Assembly: GCF_006345805.1 (NCBI RefSeq)
Contig: NC_043011.1
Location: 6,262,001 to 6,326,000 of the forward strand
Length of the DNA: 64,000 nucleotides
Source of the DNA: Octopus sinensis
Lineage: Eukaryota
Direction: 5' to 3'
Both the position numbers and the translations under genes were made by a program. Under the pieces are notes generated by a model. The model was not told the DNA's origin and did not search any database. It saw only the letters and a program-made list of their open reading frames with translations. Positions within the stretch are counted from its first letter, which is position 1. Each line of letters starts with the position of its first letter. Of the stretch, positions 49,493 to 64,000 are shown one piece after another.

Positions 49493-49609
49493 TATATTTA
49501 GTACATACAAGTGTACCAGCTTGTATTTTAGTACATACAGTATATTTAGTACATGCAAGTGTACCAGCTTGTATTTTAGTACATACAGTATATTTAGTAC
49601 ATGCAAGTG
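49493..49609. repeat. 48-bp tandem repeat, about 2.4 copies
   Basis: TATATTTAGTACAT(A/G)CAAGTGTACCAGCTTGTATTTTAGTACATACAG. Confidence 0.9.
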
Positions 49610-49779
49610 CGTCTGCTGGTGGGGTTTCCCCACCCCGGGTGTAAGCCCCTCATTGGTTCTTCAATAGTTTGATTCTGTCACAGCTTACACAATCAGCTGC
49701 CATTTGGAAGAGCAGTAAACCTGCACAGATTGTGGTCTTATTATAAACACACATACCACAACCAATGTGATATATATAG

Positions 49780-51595
49780 TTTAACATCCGTTTTCCATGC
49801 TAGCATGGGTTGGACGGTTCGATCGGGGTCTGGGAAGCCAGGACTGCTGCACCAGGCCCCGGTCTGATCTGGCAGTATTTCTACAGCTGGATGCTCTTCC
49901 TAACGCCAACCACTCCGAGAGTGTAGTGGGTGCTTTTTACGTGCCACCTGCACAGGTGCCAGACGAGGCTGGCAAATGGCCACGATCGGATGTTGCTTTT
50001 TATGTGCCACTGGCACGGAAGCCAGTCAAGGCGGGACTGGCATCGGCCATGTATGCATGGTGCTTTTTACGTGCCAGGGTAGGCTGGCAACGGCCACGAA
50101 TGGTTGGTGCTTTTTACGTTCCACCAGCACGGAAGCCAGACAAGGCGGTGTGTATGTGTGCGTGTGTGTAAATATATCATCATCACCATTTAGCGTCCGC
50201 TTCCCATGCTAGCATGGGTTGGACGGTTCAACTGGGGTCTGGGAAGCCAGAAGGCTGCACCAGGCCCAGTCTGATCTTGCAATGTTTCTATGGCTGTATG
50301 CCCTTCCTAACGCCAACCACTCTGTGAGTGTAGTGGGTGCTTTTTACGTGCCAGATGAGGCTGGCAAACAGCCACGATCGGATGGAGCTTTTCACATGCC
50401 CGTCGGGGCGGCACTGGTAACGGCCATATTCAGATGGTTCGCTTATGTGCCACCGGCACTGGTATCACAGCTACAATTTTCATTGATGTTGATCGATTTT
50501 GATTTTGATTCTGATTCTCACTTGCCTCAACAGGTCTTCACAAGTAGAGTTTTGTGTCCCAAGACAGAAAGGTATGCATAAGTGGACTGGCTACATCCCA
50601 GGTAGAGGCCATGGGTTATGGTCTCACTTGTCCTGCCGGGTCTTCTCATGCACAGCATACTTCCATAAGTCTCGGTCTCTAGTCATTTCCTCGGTGAGAC
50701 CTAAAGTTCGAAGGTTGTGCTTCACCACCTCGTCCCAGGTTTCCTGGGTCTACCTCTTCCACAGGTTCCCTCAACTGCAGGGTATGACACTTTTTCACAC
50801 AACTATCTTCATCCATTCTTGCCACATGACCATACCAGCGCAAACGTCTCTCTTGCACACCACAACTGATGCTTCTTAGGTCCAACTTTTCTCTCAAGGT
50901 ACTTACACTCTGTCGAGTATAAACACTGACATTACACATCCATCGGAGCATACTGGCTTCATTTCTTGCGAGCTTACGCATATCCTCAGCAGTCACGGCC
51001 CATGTTTCACCACCATGTAGCATGGCTGTTCGTACACATGCGTCATACAGTCTGCCTTTTACTCTGAGCGAGAGGCCTTTTGTCACCAGCAGAGGTAAGA
51101 GCTCTCTGAACTTTGCCCAGGCTATTCTTACTCTAGCAGTTACACTTTCAGCACACCCTGCCCTGCTACTGACTTGGTCACCTAGGTAACGGAAGCTATC
51201 AACTATTTCTAGTTTTTCTCCCTGGAATGTGGTGGAAGTTGGCCTCTGCGCATTTTCAGTGTTTATTGCTCCTGAGCATCTGCCACATACAAAAACTATT
51301 TTCCTAGTTAGCCTTCCTTTGACATTGCTGCACCTCTTATGTGTCCATAGCTTACACTTGGTGCACCTTATAGAGTTTCTACCTACACCTTTTCTACAGA
51401 TCGAGCAGGGCCATCTACCTGAAGGCGTTTGTGATTTGTCTACCTTCCTACTTATTAGGACTTTGGTTTTAGCTAGATTGACTCTAAGGCCCTTCGATTC
51501 TAATCCTTGCTTCCACACCTGAAACTTCTCCTCCAGTTCTGATAGTGACTCAGCAATTAGAGCAAGGTCATCAGCATAGAGGAGCTCCCAGGGGC
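49780..51595 (-). mobile_element. 5'-truncated RTE family A copy (50176-51595) plus an adjacent second RTE 3' end (49780-50150)
   Basis: From CPWELLYADD through PHD and YLG to the 3' UTR, with a frameshift near 50770; two terminal motifs in series. Confidence 0.9.
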
Positions 51596-51832
51596 AGTAA
51601 CCAGAAGATGGATTTGGTATTAATTTTTATTTTGTACAATTGTTGTTTTGACCCCATTCTGCTACTGACCCTTTTGGCTGGGACTCTGTTGCATCCATTT
51701 TACTGTCCGGGTCTCAAAATGGATGCAACACAACATGTTGAACAGTCTCGCCCATATGGGACACTAGCAGGATGGGTCAAGATGACCCTTGTACAAAATA
51801 AAGATTAATACCAAATCCATCTTCTCGTCACT
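51596..51832. mobile_element. Fold-back MITE-like palindrome
   Basis: AGAAGATGGATTTGGTATTAAT(T/C)TTTATTTTGTACAA arms (37 bp, 1 mismatch) plus inner TGTTGCATCCATTTT/AAAATGGATGCAACA. Confidence 0.8.
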
Positions 51833-52202
51833 TAAGAAACTATTGTTATTGTCTCAACTAACACTGCAGAATTCCTGAAGTAGATCCAATGGAAATAACC
51901 CCAACTGTGGATGACACCAGGTAACCCAAACTGTATCAGTGCTCTACTTAACACTTCGACACACTAATCGACATATACTTGTTAGTCCAAAATATTACAT
52001 ATGTACACACACACACACACATATACAGTAGTATGTATATATAGTATGGCTCCTGGCCTGGCCAGCTCCTGTCAAACTGTCCAACCCATACCTGCCTGGA
52101 AAACGGATTTTAAATGATATATATCTACACATGTACATACACTCGAGTGTATATATGTATGCACATATGTGTATATATATATATATGTATATTTACATAC
52201 AT

Positions 52203-52206
<4 letters not shown>

Positions 52207-52234
<28 letters not shown>

Positions 52235-53446
52235 TGTGTACAGTGCTCAGGTGCACTACAACTCATCTAAAGTGTATATATAATCAGGTGTAGTTTCGGC
52301 GGATTTCGGAAAGCATGAGGGCCTTAAAAGATGCAGTGTCATGGCAGTCAACAACTGACGCAGGCAGTTTATTCCATGCTTCAGCAACTCTGAGCGTGAA
52401 AAAATGTTTCCGAAAGTCGTGGGAGCTGTATTGTTTTCTGACTTTGTAGGCATGTCCACGTGTGTTAGACACATGGAGATCAAAAAGGTGTTCAGTGTTG
52501 TTGTTGGTGAGGTGGTTGATAACTTTGTGGGTGTTTACCAAGTCCGTCGACAAACGCCGGAGCTTCAGTGAATCCATGCCCAGGGAAACAAGGCGCTCAG
52601 AATATGGTAGGTGTCTGATGGAGGGTATGCGTTTGGTTGCACGTCTCTGGACAGATTCCAGGAGATCAATGTTCTGTGCAAGATAGGGGTTCCAAACTGA
52701 TGATGCGAATTCCAAGTGTGGTCGTACCATAGCTGTATACAGTTTTAAATAGATGGCTGGAGAGCGGCTAACAAAAGACCTGCTGAGTGATGCCAAGACA
52801 CCCTCGGCCTTCCTGACAATCTTAGAGATATGCTTTGACCAACGCAAATCACTGCTGACAGTGATGCCTAGGTCACGCTCGCAAGAGGATTTCTTGATAT
52901 CAGTGTTGTGGAGGGAGTATGTGAACGCAGGGTTTTTTCTCCCAAAATGCATGGTGGTACACTTGTCCACAGCCAGTTTCAGTTGCCAGTCTGTGATCCA
53001 TTGCTGCATTGTGTCTAGGTCTGATTGCAGGAAAGAGTTGTAGACATCAGGATCTGTCCTCTTGATTTCAAGGTACAGCTTGATGTCGTCTGCATATTTC
53101 AATACTGTGGCATTCTTTAAATTGGCATCTATGTCGTTAATGTATGCCACAAACAAGAGGGGACCAAGGACAGATCCCTGTGGTACACCCGATGACATCT
53201 CATATGGTGTAGAGTGCTGTCCTAGAACTGTGACTACCTCCTTTCGGCCGAGGATGAAGGATTTCAACCAGTTAAAAAGGTCATCCCCCACACCCATTGC
53301 AGAGAGTTTCACCATAAGCCTTTTGTGTGGCACAGAGTTGAAAGCCTTAGCAAAGTCAAGGTAGACAACATCCACCCATGAGCCACTGTCAGTAATCTGA
53401 GTAATGTCCTCAAGGAACTCGACAAGCTGGTCACTGCAGCTGGAGT
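52207..53446 (-). mobile_element. 5'-truncated CR1-clade LINE with (ATT)n tail
   Basis: Open RT frame: QLVEFLEDIT, VDVVYLDFAKAF, GVPQGSVLGP, YADD, LYTAMVRPHLEF, NTRGHAYK, FFTLRVAEAWN; short 3' UTR with a GTGC-acctga-GCAC hairpin. Confidence 0.93.
52284..53446 (-). pseudogene. CR1 reverse transcriptase, C-terminal part of about 385 codons, uninterrupted
   Basis: ORF track 53375-52284, with the frame extending to about 53446. Confidence 0.88.
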
Positions 53447-53840
53447 TAGGGACAAATATATATGTATATATGTCTGTCTGTATGTATGTGTGTGTCTGTG
53501 TGTATGTATGTACATGTATGTTATCATCCAGTGTTTTAAATCTGGGTTTTCTTCCCGTTAATGGTGGTGGCCAGATCTACCTCAATGTTATAGCAACTGA
53601 GGTAGGCAGGTGCAGCCCACCCCAACCTTTGGGCTGGTGGGTGCCCATTCTCCCTTGCTATCATGAGGCTTTTTTGGAGCTGGATTTTCTATGGAGAGCA
53701 TGCCCTTGCTTACCACCAACCTCAGTTTCCCAAGACCATAGCCTCTACCACGATTTTTAAGAAATGTGGTGGAAAACTAGCTCAGGAAGGCAGGGACGCT
53801 TCTCCCTGAGAACCCTTTTGGAGCTCCCCACCCATGTATA

Positions 53841-53871
<31 letters not shown>

Positions 53872-54699
53872 TTATGTATATGTGTGTTTGTTTAATCATG
53901 TGTGTTTGTGTATATATATTTTGAGTCAATTAATAAAACCGCAAAACCCCAGTTGTATGTATCGTTGGATCCTGTCAAATTCTCCAACCCATATTATCAT
54001 GGAAAATGAGCATTAAATGATTTATATATATATAAATATATCATCAACATCACCATTTAATGTCTTGCATGGGTAGGACAGCCAGGTAGAAGACTACCCC
54101 AGGCTACTGTGTCTGTTTTAGCAGGGTCTTTATAGCTGGGTGTCCTTTCTAACACCAACTACTCTGCAGAGTTGACTCGGTGCTTTTTACATGGTGCCGG
54201 CACAGGCGAAGTTAGTTTTGGCTTGATTGTTACCATTGGATGCCCTTTCAAATGCCATCCACTTTACAGTGTGGACTGGATGATTCTAGAGTCTGGGACT
54301 GCTCTCCAGCTTACCATTTCCTCTCAAACCATCATGGAAAATGGATGTTAAATTATGATGATGAGATATATATATGTTTTTTAATTATTTATCTATAAGA
54401 TTACTTAAGTTGATATACTAATGTAAGGATGTATCAATAAATCAATAACTACAAATTTTGCTGGCACACACCACCACCAAAACCACCACCACCACTAGTC
54501 TCCTTAGATTGTGTGTATGTAATTATTGATTTCTAGTCTTAATTTGTGTAAAATATTTAATTAACATAAAAACATATCAGTAGACCTTATCGCTATTGTG
54601 AAATACTGGAATAAGTTGTTTTCTTGATTCAGAAACTGTAGCCGGCACTACCTCCGCCCTGCCCTACAACACACCACTTCGCTCACCACCCCACTATTA

Positions 54700-55000
54700 C
54701 AGGCTTTTGTACTTCCAGAGACCCCATTTCCCCATTGTTAATTAGGTCACCTAGGTAACAGAAACTGTTGACTATTTCAAGGGAGTCCCTTAGCATTTCA
54801 GAAAATTGATGCCTCAGTTGTCCCTCATACTTAACACACCTGTACCCCTTCCACGTATAAGGCTCACCTTTATTTTATAATCCCACCACATCTCTTGTTC
54901 AGCCAGTATTTACACCAGAGACACTCTTTTGGAATATCTGCCAACTCTTCTTTTTGTAGACTGAGCATGGCCATTTCCCTGACCCTTTTTGTTCCTTTCT
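54700..55000 (-). pseudogene. Highly decayed RTE RT relic
   Basis: Residual GGTCACCTAGGTAAC.GAAACT and TGTACCCCTTCCAC motifs matching the YLG and PHD regions. Confidence 0.5.
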
Positions 55001-55267
55001 CCTTTACTAAACCTTAGTTTGTGCTATGTTTACTTCAAGGCTCTTCAATTCCAGACTTGGAATTCCTTCCCCATTTCTTCTACACACACACTAACAGGTT
55101 GCTTTCTCTTTTACAATGACAACATATCATTTTATTACTGTTTTATTGTTAATCGTAGTCATTCAAAGCTGTCAGTTTCCTTCGGGTGTATTCTCACTAA
55201 AAACCTCTGTCCACAGTCTCAGCGGCAGTCCGTCTGCGTGTGTGGACGTGAATCTTTCTGTAGCCTG

Positions 55268-55575
55268 AAGGTGTGTGGCTTAGCAGTTAGGATGTTTGGC
55301 TCACGATCATGAGGTTGTGAGTTCATGTTGTGTCCTTGAGCAAGACACTTTATTTTCTCGTTGTTCCAGTCCATTCTGCTGGCAAAACTGAGTTGTACCT
55401 GTAATTCAAATGGGGCCAGCCTTGTCGCATTCTGTGTCCTGCTGAATCTCACCAAGACCTATGTTAAGGGTGGACACGTCGTCTGTGGCGTGGCTCAGCC
55501 GTTTCTACATTTCACGAGTAGACTGTTCTGTCGATCAGTCAACTGGGACCCTTGCTGTAACCGACAGAGCGCCAG
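55268..55575 (+). mobile_element. SINE family 3
   Basis: GGTGTGTGGCTTAGCAGTTAGG head, then GTGTCCTTGAGCAAGACACTTTATTT...TCCAGTCCA. Confidence 0.6.
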
Positions 55576-57515
55576 TATGTTTACCTGTGTCTGTTTACCT
55601 TTATCTCCCCCCATCTTTCCCCCTCTCTCCCTCCCTCTCTCCCCCCTCTCTCTATCTCTCTCTCTCTGTTTGTCCCCACATGCTTACCATTTATAACAGT
55701 GCATTATCGTTACAACCCTTCATTATTAAAAGAGATGTCCCCCCACCCCCCTCCTCTGCTCACTTACTCTTCCTGACCACTGTCTCTGATTCAAGCCCCC
55801 CCTCCTCTCTTTACCTTCACTCATGAAGTATTTCTGTTGCCCATACAGCAACGGCAGGAACCTGATATTACACCATTGCAGAGACAGTGTGTGGGTGGGT
55901 GGTCTATATGGTTTATAAACTAATCATCTAAAGTAAACACATAAATAAGACATACAAAAGAAAAAAGACACAAGCAAACACCCTTTCCTGCAAACAATCT
56001 ATTTCTGGTGAGTTTCTGCTAATACAGTGTTGTATTACTGGATGAAGGTCATCATCACCATTATCATCCTCATTCAATGAAACATGATTTGTCTTTCAGG
56101 GTCAGATTATGGCTGTGATAATATTCTTAGTTTAACTGAAATTTTTTTTCCATCATCCTGACCATGTTTATCTCTCCTAAATCCTTCACTTTCTGTCTCT
56201 CTTTCACCTCTTTATTTCTCTCTCTCATAGACTCCTCTTTGTCTCTGTCTGTCTGTCTCACTGTATCTCTCTGTGTCTTTATCTTTGCTTTCTCTCTTCC
56301 TTTGTGTTTGTCAGTCTCACTCTGTGCATCGCACTTTCTCTCCCTGTGTGTCTTTTTTCTCACTCGCTTTCTCTTTTCTACTCTGTCTGCCTGTCTCTCT
56401 CTCTCTGCCTCTTTTCCTTCCCAGTTATCTGATTCTCTATTTTTCTCTTTTTTTTTTATCTTATGCTGGTTTCAGTCATTGGACTATGGCCATACTGAGG
56501 CACCACCTTCAAGGGTACTCTTGATTATATTGTCTCCTAGTACCTGTAGATTGGTTCTTATTTCATACACTTTAGATGTAATCCTTAATTTCCCATTCTC
56601 CTTGTGTCACCTCTTTCATACTCACTTAATTTGCAGCATATTTCCAAACTAATGCACAACCATCTCTGAGCTGCCTCTACGCAACAAGAGGTCCAGATTC
56701 AATCCTATCTAACTTCTGATCTCTTTCATTAATCAGTATCATCAGTAACGGAATTGAATTGACATTTCATAAACATCTTCGTCAACACTTTGTAATATCA
56801 TAGACAAATCTGATGCAATCTGTGTAAACACTCTGTAACATAAATAGATGCGATGCTATCTTTGTGGACAAGTGCAACACTATCTTTGTGGAGGAATCTG
56901 ATGCCGTTGTGGAGGAATCTGATGCCATTGTGGATGAGTGCAATGCTGTCTTTGTGAGCAAATGCTTTTGATAGTCTGGCAAAATGGAATCTATCAAACT
57001 GAATTCTGCTGTGGTGGTTACAAAGCTCCCGTATTGTGAGAGCTAAATTCCACCAGGCTCAACACTTTGCCCCTTTTCTATTCTCAGTTTTCTTAGATGA
57101 TCTGGTTTAACATTTAGGAAAAGAAGCTGAGGATCTACTTTCGTGACTTGTTGCCGTTTGTATTGAATAAGATCAGTAAATGATGGAATATTATGTAGCA
57201 AGAAAGAGTACGTTAGACAGAGAAATTGTGAGAGGGAATTTAGAATGAAGAAAATGCAAAAAAAAATAATGGTTTTAAGAAGGGGAAGAAGAAGTCTGTC
57301 AAATTTTGAACTGTACTTTTGGAAATTGTGAAAAGCTTGTGGGGTGAATAGTGGTGGGGAGAGGAGAAAAAAACAGTCTGTGATTCTATGTATAATCAAA
57401 GAGAGAGAAAAGCGGTCGGAGAACAGTATGTCTGTACCATATATAACGAAGATGCTTGGAGTGTGCTGCAAAATTGCCAAGATGCTGGATACAGAAGTCT
57501 ATTAAGTGCTTAGAT

Positions 57516-57759
57516 CAGGGGTTCTTGACCATTTTTTACTGAAGGACTCCTTTGATTCCTGCTTTATTCAGTGGTGGATGTGTGTGGTGGTGGGGTTGAC
57601 CCTCATAGTCATTCCGTGTCTAAAATCTAATTTTTTCGATTAAATATTATTTGGAGTATAAAAAAAATTGAAAATATTTTGTGCGTTGTAGAAGTAGGAC
57701 TAAATTATTGTAGATAAATTTTAACAAAATCTTATGTGGACCCTAGTTGAGAACTACTG
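57516..57759. mobile_element. hAT-type MITE with 8-bp TSD
   Basis: CAGGGGTTCTTGACC...GTTGAGAACTACTG; TSD GCTTAGAT / TCTTAGAT (7 of 8). Confidence 0.75.
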
Positions 57760-58029
57760 TCTTAGATGAATGATTTCTCATCAGCCAATTATTTTGGCTG
57801 AATATTTTTTTCTAAGTATATTCAGCCAACAAAACTCAGTCCCCTCCCATCATTAAAAAAGAAGCTTGCATTTGGAGTAAAGGCTGTAAAGAAAAAAATA
57901 AATGGACACAAGAGGTACAGTGGTATCACCGGAAGGTTAACAGAGAATATAGTCTATGTGGCAAATGCGTAGGTGCAACAAGCACTAAAAATGCACAATC
58001 AATAGGCCCCTTCAAATACTTCTGTTTCC

Positions 58030-58830
58030 TAGAAGACCAAGTTAGCAGCGGTGGAGGGAGTTCTGAAAGTATTGTTATCTGGATAAGAACAGGATGGGCA
58101 AAGTTCAGAGAGCTTCTACATTAACTAAGTAACTATGGTAACTAAGGACCTCTCCTTCAGAGTGAAAGGTAGATTATATGATGCCTGTGTATGTACAGCT
58201 ATGTTACATAACAATGAAACATGGGCTTTTGACTACAGGGGACTTGTGAAGGCTTGAAAGAAATGAAGCTAGCATGCTTTGCTGGATGGGCAATGTCTGT
58301 GCAAGCATAACAGAGTGTAAATGATTTAAGAGGAGAACTGGTATTGGAGGCATTGGATGTTGTGTGCAAGAGAGAAGACTGTGCTGGTTGGGTCATGAGG
58401 ACAGCTGCATAAAGAAATGCCAAGCTCTAATTATGGAGGGTACTTGTGGAAGGGGGTAGACTCAGGAAAAACGGACAAAGTGGTGAGAGAGGATCTTCTG
58501 ATGGTGGGTCTCACTGAAGAAATAACAAGGGAACAGGAGATGTGGTAATTTGCTGTACTTGATAAGACGCATCAAGCTAAGTAAAACCAATGTCTTCCAC
58601 ACATACAGCCTGGTCCTTTTACAGGTGCTGGGGCCACTTTAAAAGCACCTGTGCAAGTGCTGTGTAAACACACCCATGCTGGTGATGTGTAAGAAACACC
58701 CAGCACACTCTAAGTGGTTGGCATTAGGAAGGGCACCCAGCTATAGAAACCATGCTATAATAGACAGTTGGAGCCTGGACTGCTCACCGCTGGCCAGTTC
58801 CATGTCAAACCATCCAACCCATGCCAGCAT
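58030..58830 (+). mobile_element. Old, decayed RTE copy (RT C-terminus plus 3' UTR)
   Basis: GACCAAGTTAGCAGCGG, TGGGCAAAGTTCAGAGAGCT, TATGATGCCTGTGTA and the terminal GGAAGGGCA...CCAACCCATGCCAGCATGGAAAG. Confidence 0.75.
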
Positions 58831-60291
58831 GGAAAGCAGCCCCAATATCACAGGTGACAGATTGTTGTAATAATAATACTTTATATAATGTGCACAATTT
58901 GAAGTACCCTGTGTAATTTATATCAGCTAGAGTACCCCATAAACTGCACGTGAGCTTTAGATATGCCGTCTCTGTAATATGAAAAGGTATTGTTATATGA
59001 GAACTGGTAGCATTTATTCCATGAGTACTTAACCCGTTGGTGTCTAGTGACAAGAATCATATATATTTATTTATTATTATTTTATTTTATCTAGTTTCAG
59101 CTCACGAGCTGTGGCCATGCTGGGGCACCACCATTTATGGGATAAAAGCTTTTTGCTTTTGGCTATTAATCTGAAAAACCAATTTTTGAGAGCTGCAAAT
59201 GGAACCGTCTCGGCTGACAGAAAATTCTTTCAAAAAGTCAAGTGCTGCTGCACTTTGTTATTCTTGCTTCTGACAACTTTCTTTAAGCTTGTCTAAGTCC
59301 AACCAGGCCATCAGCGTGTGTGTGTGTGTGTGTACCACACATGCCAGCATGGAAGATGGACGTTAAGCGATGATGATGAAATAATCTCATTGCATGAATA
59401 AACAACAATACAATGACGATATGTTTTGTATATATTTATATGGTATCATGTTTATGTGTATCTTATTATATGCACACATCTTACATACAGATATATGAAA
59501 CGTCTCGGCAGCTGTGCCGTTCCATTCACCAGCTCTGATCATCACATCTCCCTGATTTATGTCAGTTTATAAATTGTATGTTGTGGGTGGCTGTGTGAGT
59601 GTTTGGCGATGTCAGCTGCTTAATAATCCTGCTGTTAGTAGTTCACCGGTTTTAATGTCTACATGAACACTGGAATGTTCTGTGTGTGCTGCTAATTTTT
59701 TTGGGTTTTTTTTTTTTTTTTTGTTAATTTTGGCTGGAATCAAGATGATGGTATGATTACACACACTGTATATGTATGCATGTATAAGGGAGTAGGGTGT
59801 GTTGTTGATTGAATTGTTCCTGGGACTTACATGGCTGGTACCTTGGTGGGATGAAAGACAAAGTTGTCAATGGTGAAATTTGAACACAGAATGTATAATG
59901 TGAAACTAAAAATAAACTGGCAGATTGATTCTAATCCGTTAATAAATGTAATTGGAACAGCCCACATTCTACACAAGACCTTATCAATTCAATAATACAA
60001 CGCGAATAAAAGAATCTGCAAACACAAAAACAAACTCATTCAGTGACTATCCAATAAAATAAACAGTCCCCACAACATGTACCCTATTGGGTGGATACCC
60101 AACAGAGCAAAAGACTGCACCACACCTCACACACACACACACACACAAAAAAACTGATGCAATACAATACTGGGAAGAGTTTGCACTCCCACCACCAACA
60201 ACAACAAAGAATAGACACTGTTGCACACACCTCAACAACCTGGTGCTGTAGCAGGTGATGCAGTAGAAATCTGCCTGAAACTATCAAATGT

Positions 60292-60327
<36 letters not shown>

Positions 60328-60382
60328 CTGTAATTTATTTGCCACAAGGGCAGATGATGAGGGGGACATTTCAAAAATACAT

Positions 60383-61017
60383 AGGCGCAGCAGTGGCTGT
60401 GTGGTAAGTAGCTTGCTTACCAACCACATGGTTCCGGGTTCAGTCCCACTGCATGGCACCTTGGGCAAGTGTCTTCTGCTATAGCCTCGGGCCGACCAAA
60501 GCCTTGTGAGTGGATTTGGTAGACAGAAACTGAAAGAAGCCCGTCGTATATATGTATATGTATGCGTGTGTGTGTTTGTGTGTCTGTGTTTGTCCCCCTA
60601 GCATTGCTTGACAACCGATGCTGGTGTGTTTATGTCCCCATCATTTAGCGGTTCGGCAAAAAGAGACCAATAGAATAAGTACTGGGCTTACAAAAAAAAA
60701 AGAATAAGTCCCGGGGTCACGTTGCTCGATTAAAGGCGGTGCTCCAGCATGGCCGCAGTCAAATGACTGAAACAAGTAAAAGAGAGTAAAGAGTAAAGTG
60801 TTGGGGTTTACATATCCCTCTCTCTCTTTCGGAGAGGCACTGAGCACCTACATGCACATATACACACACGGTAGTAACTTCCGCCTGCCGAATTCAATCA
60901 CAAAGCTTCGGTCGGCTCGGGGCTATAGCGGAAGACACCTACCCAAAGTGCCACGCAGTGGGACTGAACCCGAAACCATGTAGCTAGGAAGCAAGCTCCC
61001 TAACCACACAGCCATGC
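60383..61017. mobile_element. Two SINE family 2 copies in convergent orientation (60383-60795 +, about 60850-61017 -)
   Basis: Complete plus-strand copy and an inverted head. Confidence 0.85.
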
Positions 61018-61439
61018 CCAATGAAATGAATAAAAAAAAAAAAGGAAGAAATTAAGGGCTGTAGATTCGAAGCAAAAACCTTTGACTCTGACTCCTGTAT
61101 TACTGGCATCTCTGACTCCGACTCCTCTACATGTAATTAAGTGATTGTGGTCTACATATCTCAATGCATACGCTTGTACTTTGAGTCAGCCTATATGTCA
61201 TAACTGGTTTCTGTTAAAGAAGAAAGATATTGTGAGTCAGAGTCAGTCAATAAAGTTTTACCGACTCCAACTCCAGCTACCCGTTAATTGTTTCCGACTC
61301 TGACTCCACAGCCCTGGTTGAGACGATGTACAGTGGGAAAAAAGGGACATGTTCATAGCATACAAAGAACAACAATATAATAATAATTATTTCTACAATA
61401 GGCAGAAAGCTTGAAATTTTTGGCAGTGGTGGGGCCGGT

Positions 61440-64000
<2,561 letters not shown>

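Noticed and set aside
59130-59310. Protein-like minus frame (AWLDLDKLKESCQKQE*QSAAALDFLKEF)
   Set aside because: Internal stop, no usable splice sites, no recognisable family

Overview
Repeat-saturated eukaryotic DNA that is probably intronic or intergenic. The SINE families, dense (TA)n/(CA)n/(GAT)n microsatellites and RTE LINEs resemble an octopus/cephalopod genome; this is inferred from repeat style, not a database match. No host gene can be called with confidence. The window holds two families of RTE-clade LINEs. Family A has a near-intact full-length copy at about 2601-8175 with a single nonsense codon, plus truncated copies. Family B has a degenerate near-full copy at 37622-41195 and a truncated copy at 12100-14028. 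Also present are a young 5'-truncated CR1-clade LINE, a complete but frameshifted mariner with TIRs and TA TSD, an ORF1-only (HAL1-like) retroelement, Penelope-like fragments, four tRNA-derived SINE families, hAT- and piggyBac-type MITEs, Helitron/Helentron-like non-autonomous elements and a 1.21-kb tandem duplication. The most notable items are: (i) Penelope-type minimal type I hammerhead ribozymes that I folded by eye. Two identical intact copies sit 1210 nt apart in the tandem duplication, a retrozyme-like geometry. A third has a large stem II loop and a fourth is CpG-decayed. (ii) A canonical PHD finger inserted inside the RT domain of all RTE copies that cover that part of the RT. (iii) RTE 3' UTRs that grow tandem arrays: 4 x about 338 bp, and 18 strictly alternating 62-bp units. 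(iv) A four-fold CRE+CCAAT module in a Penelope terminal region. (v) Splice-acceptor-like sites at the same position ahead of ORF2 in both RTE families. Most short ORFs in the supplied track are translations of microsatellites or repeats. Boundaries of degenerate repeats are approximate.
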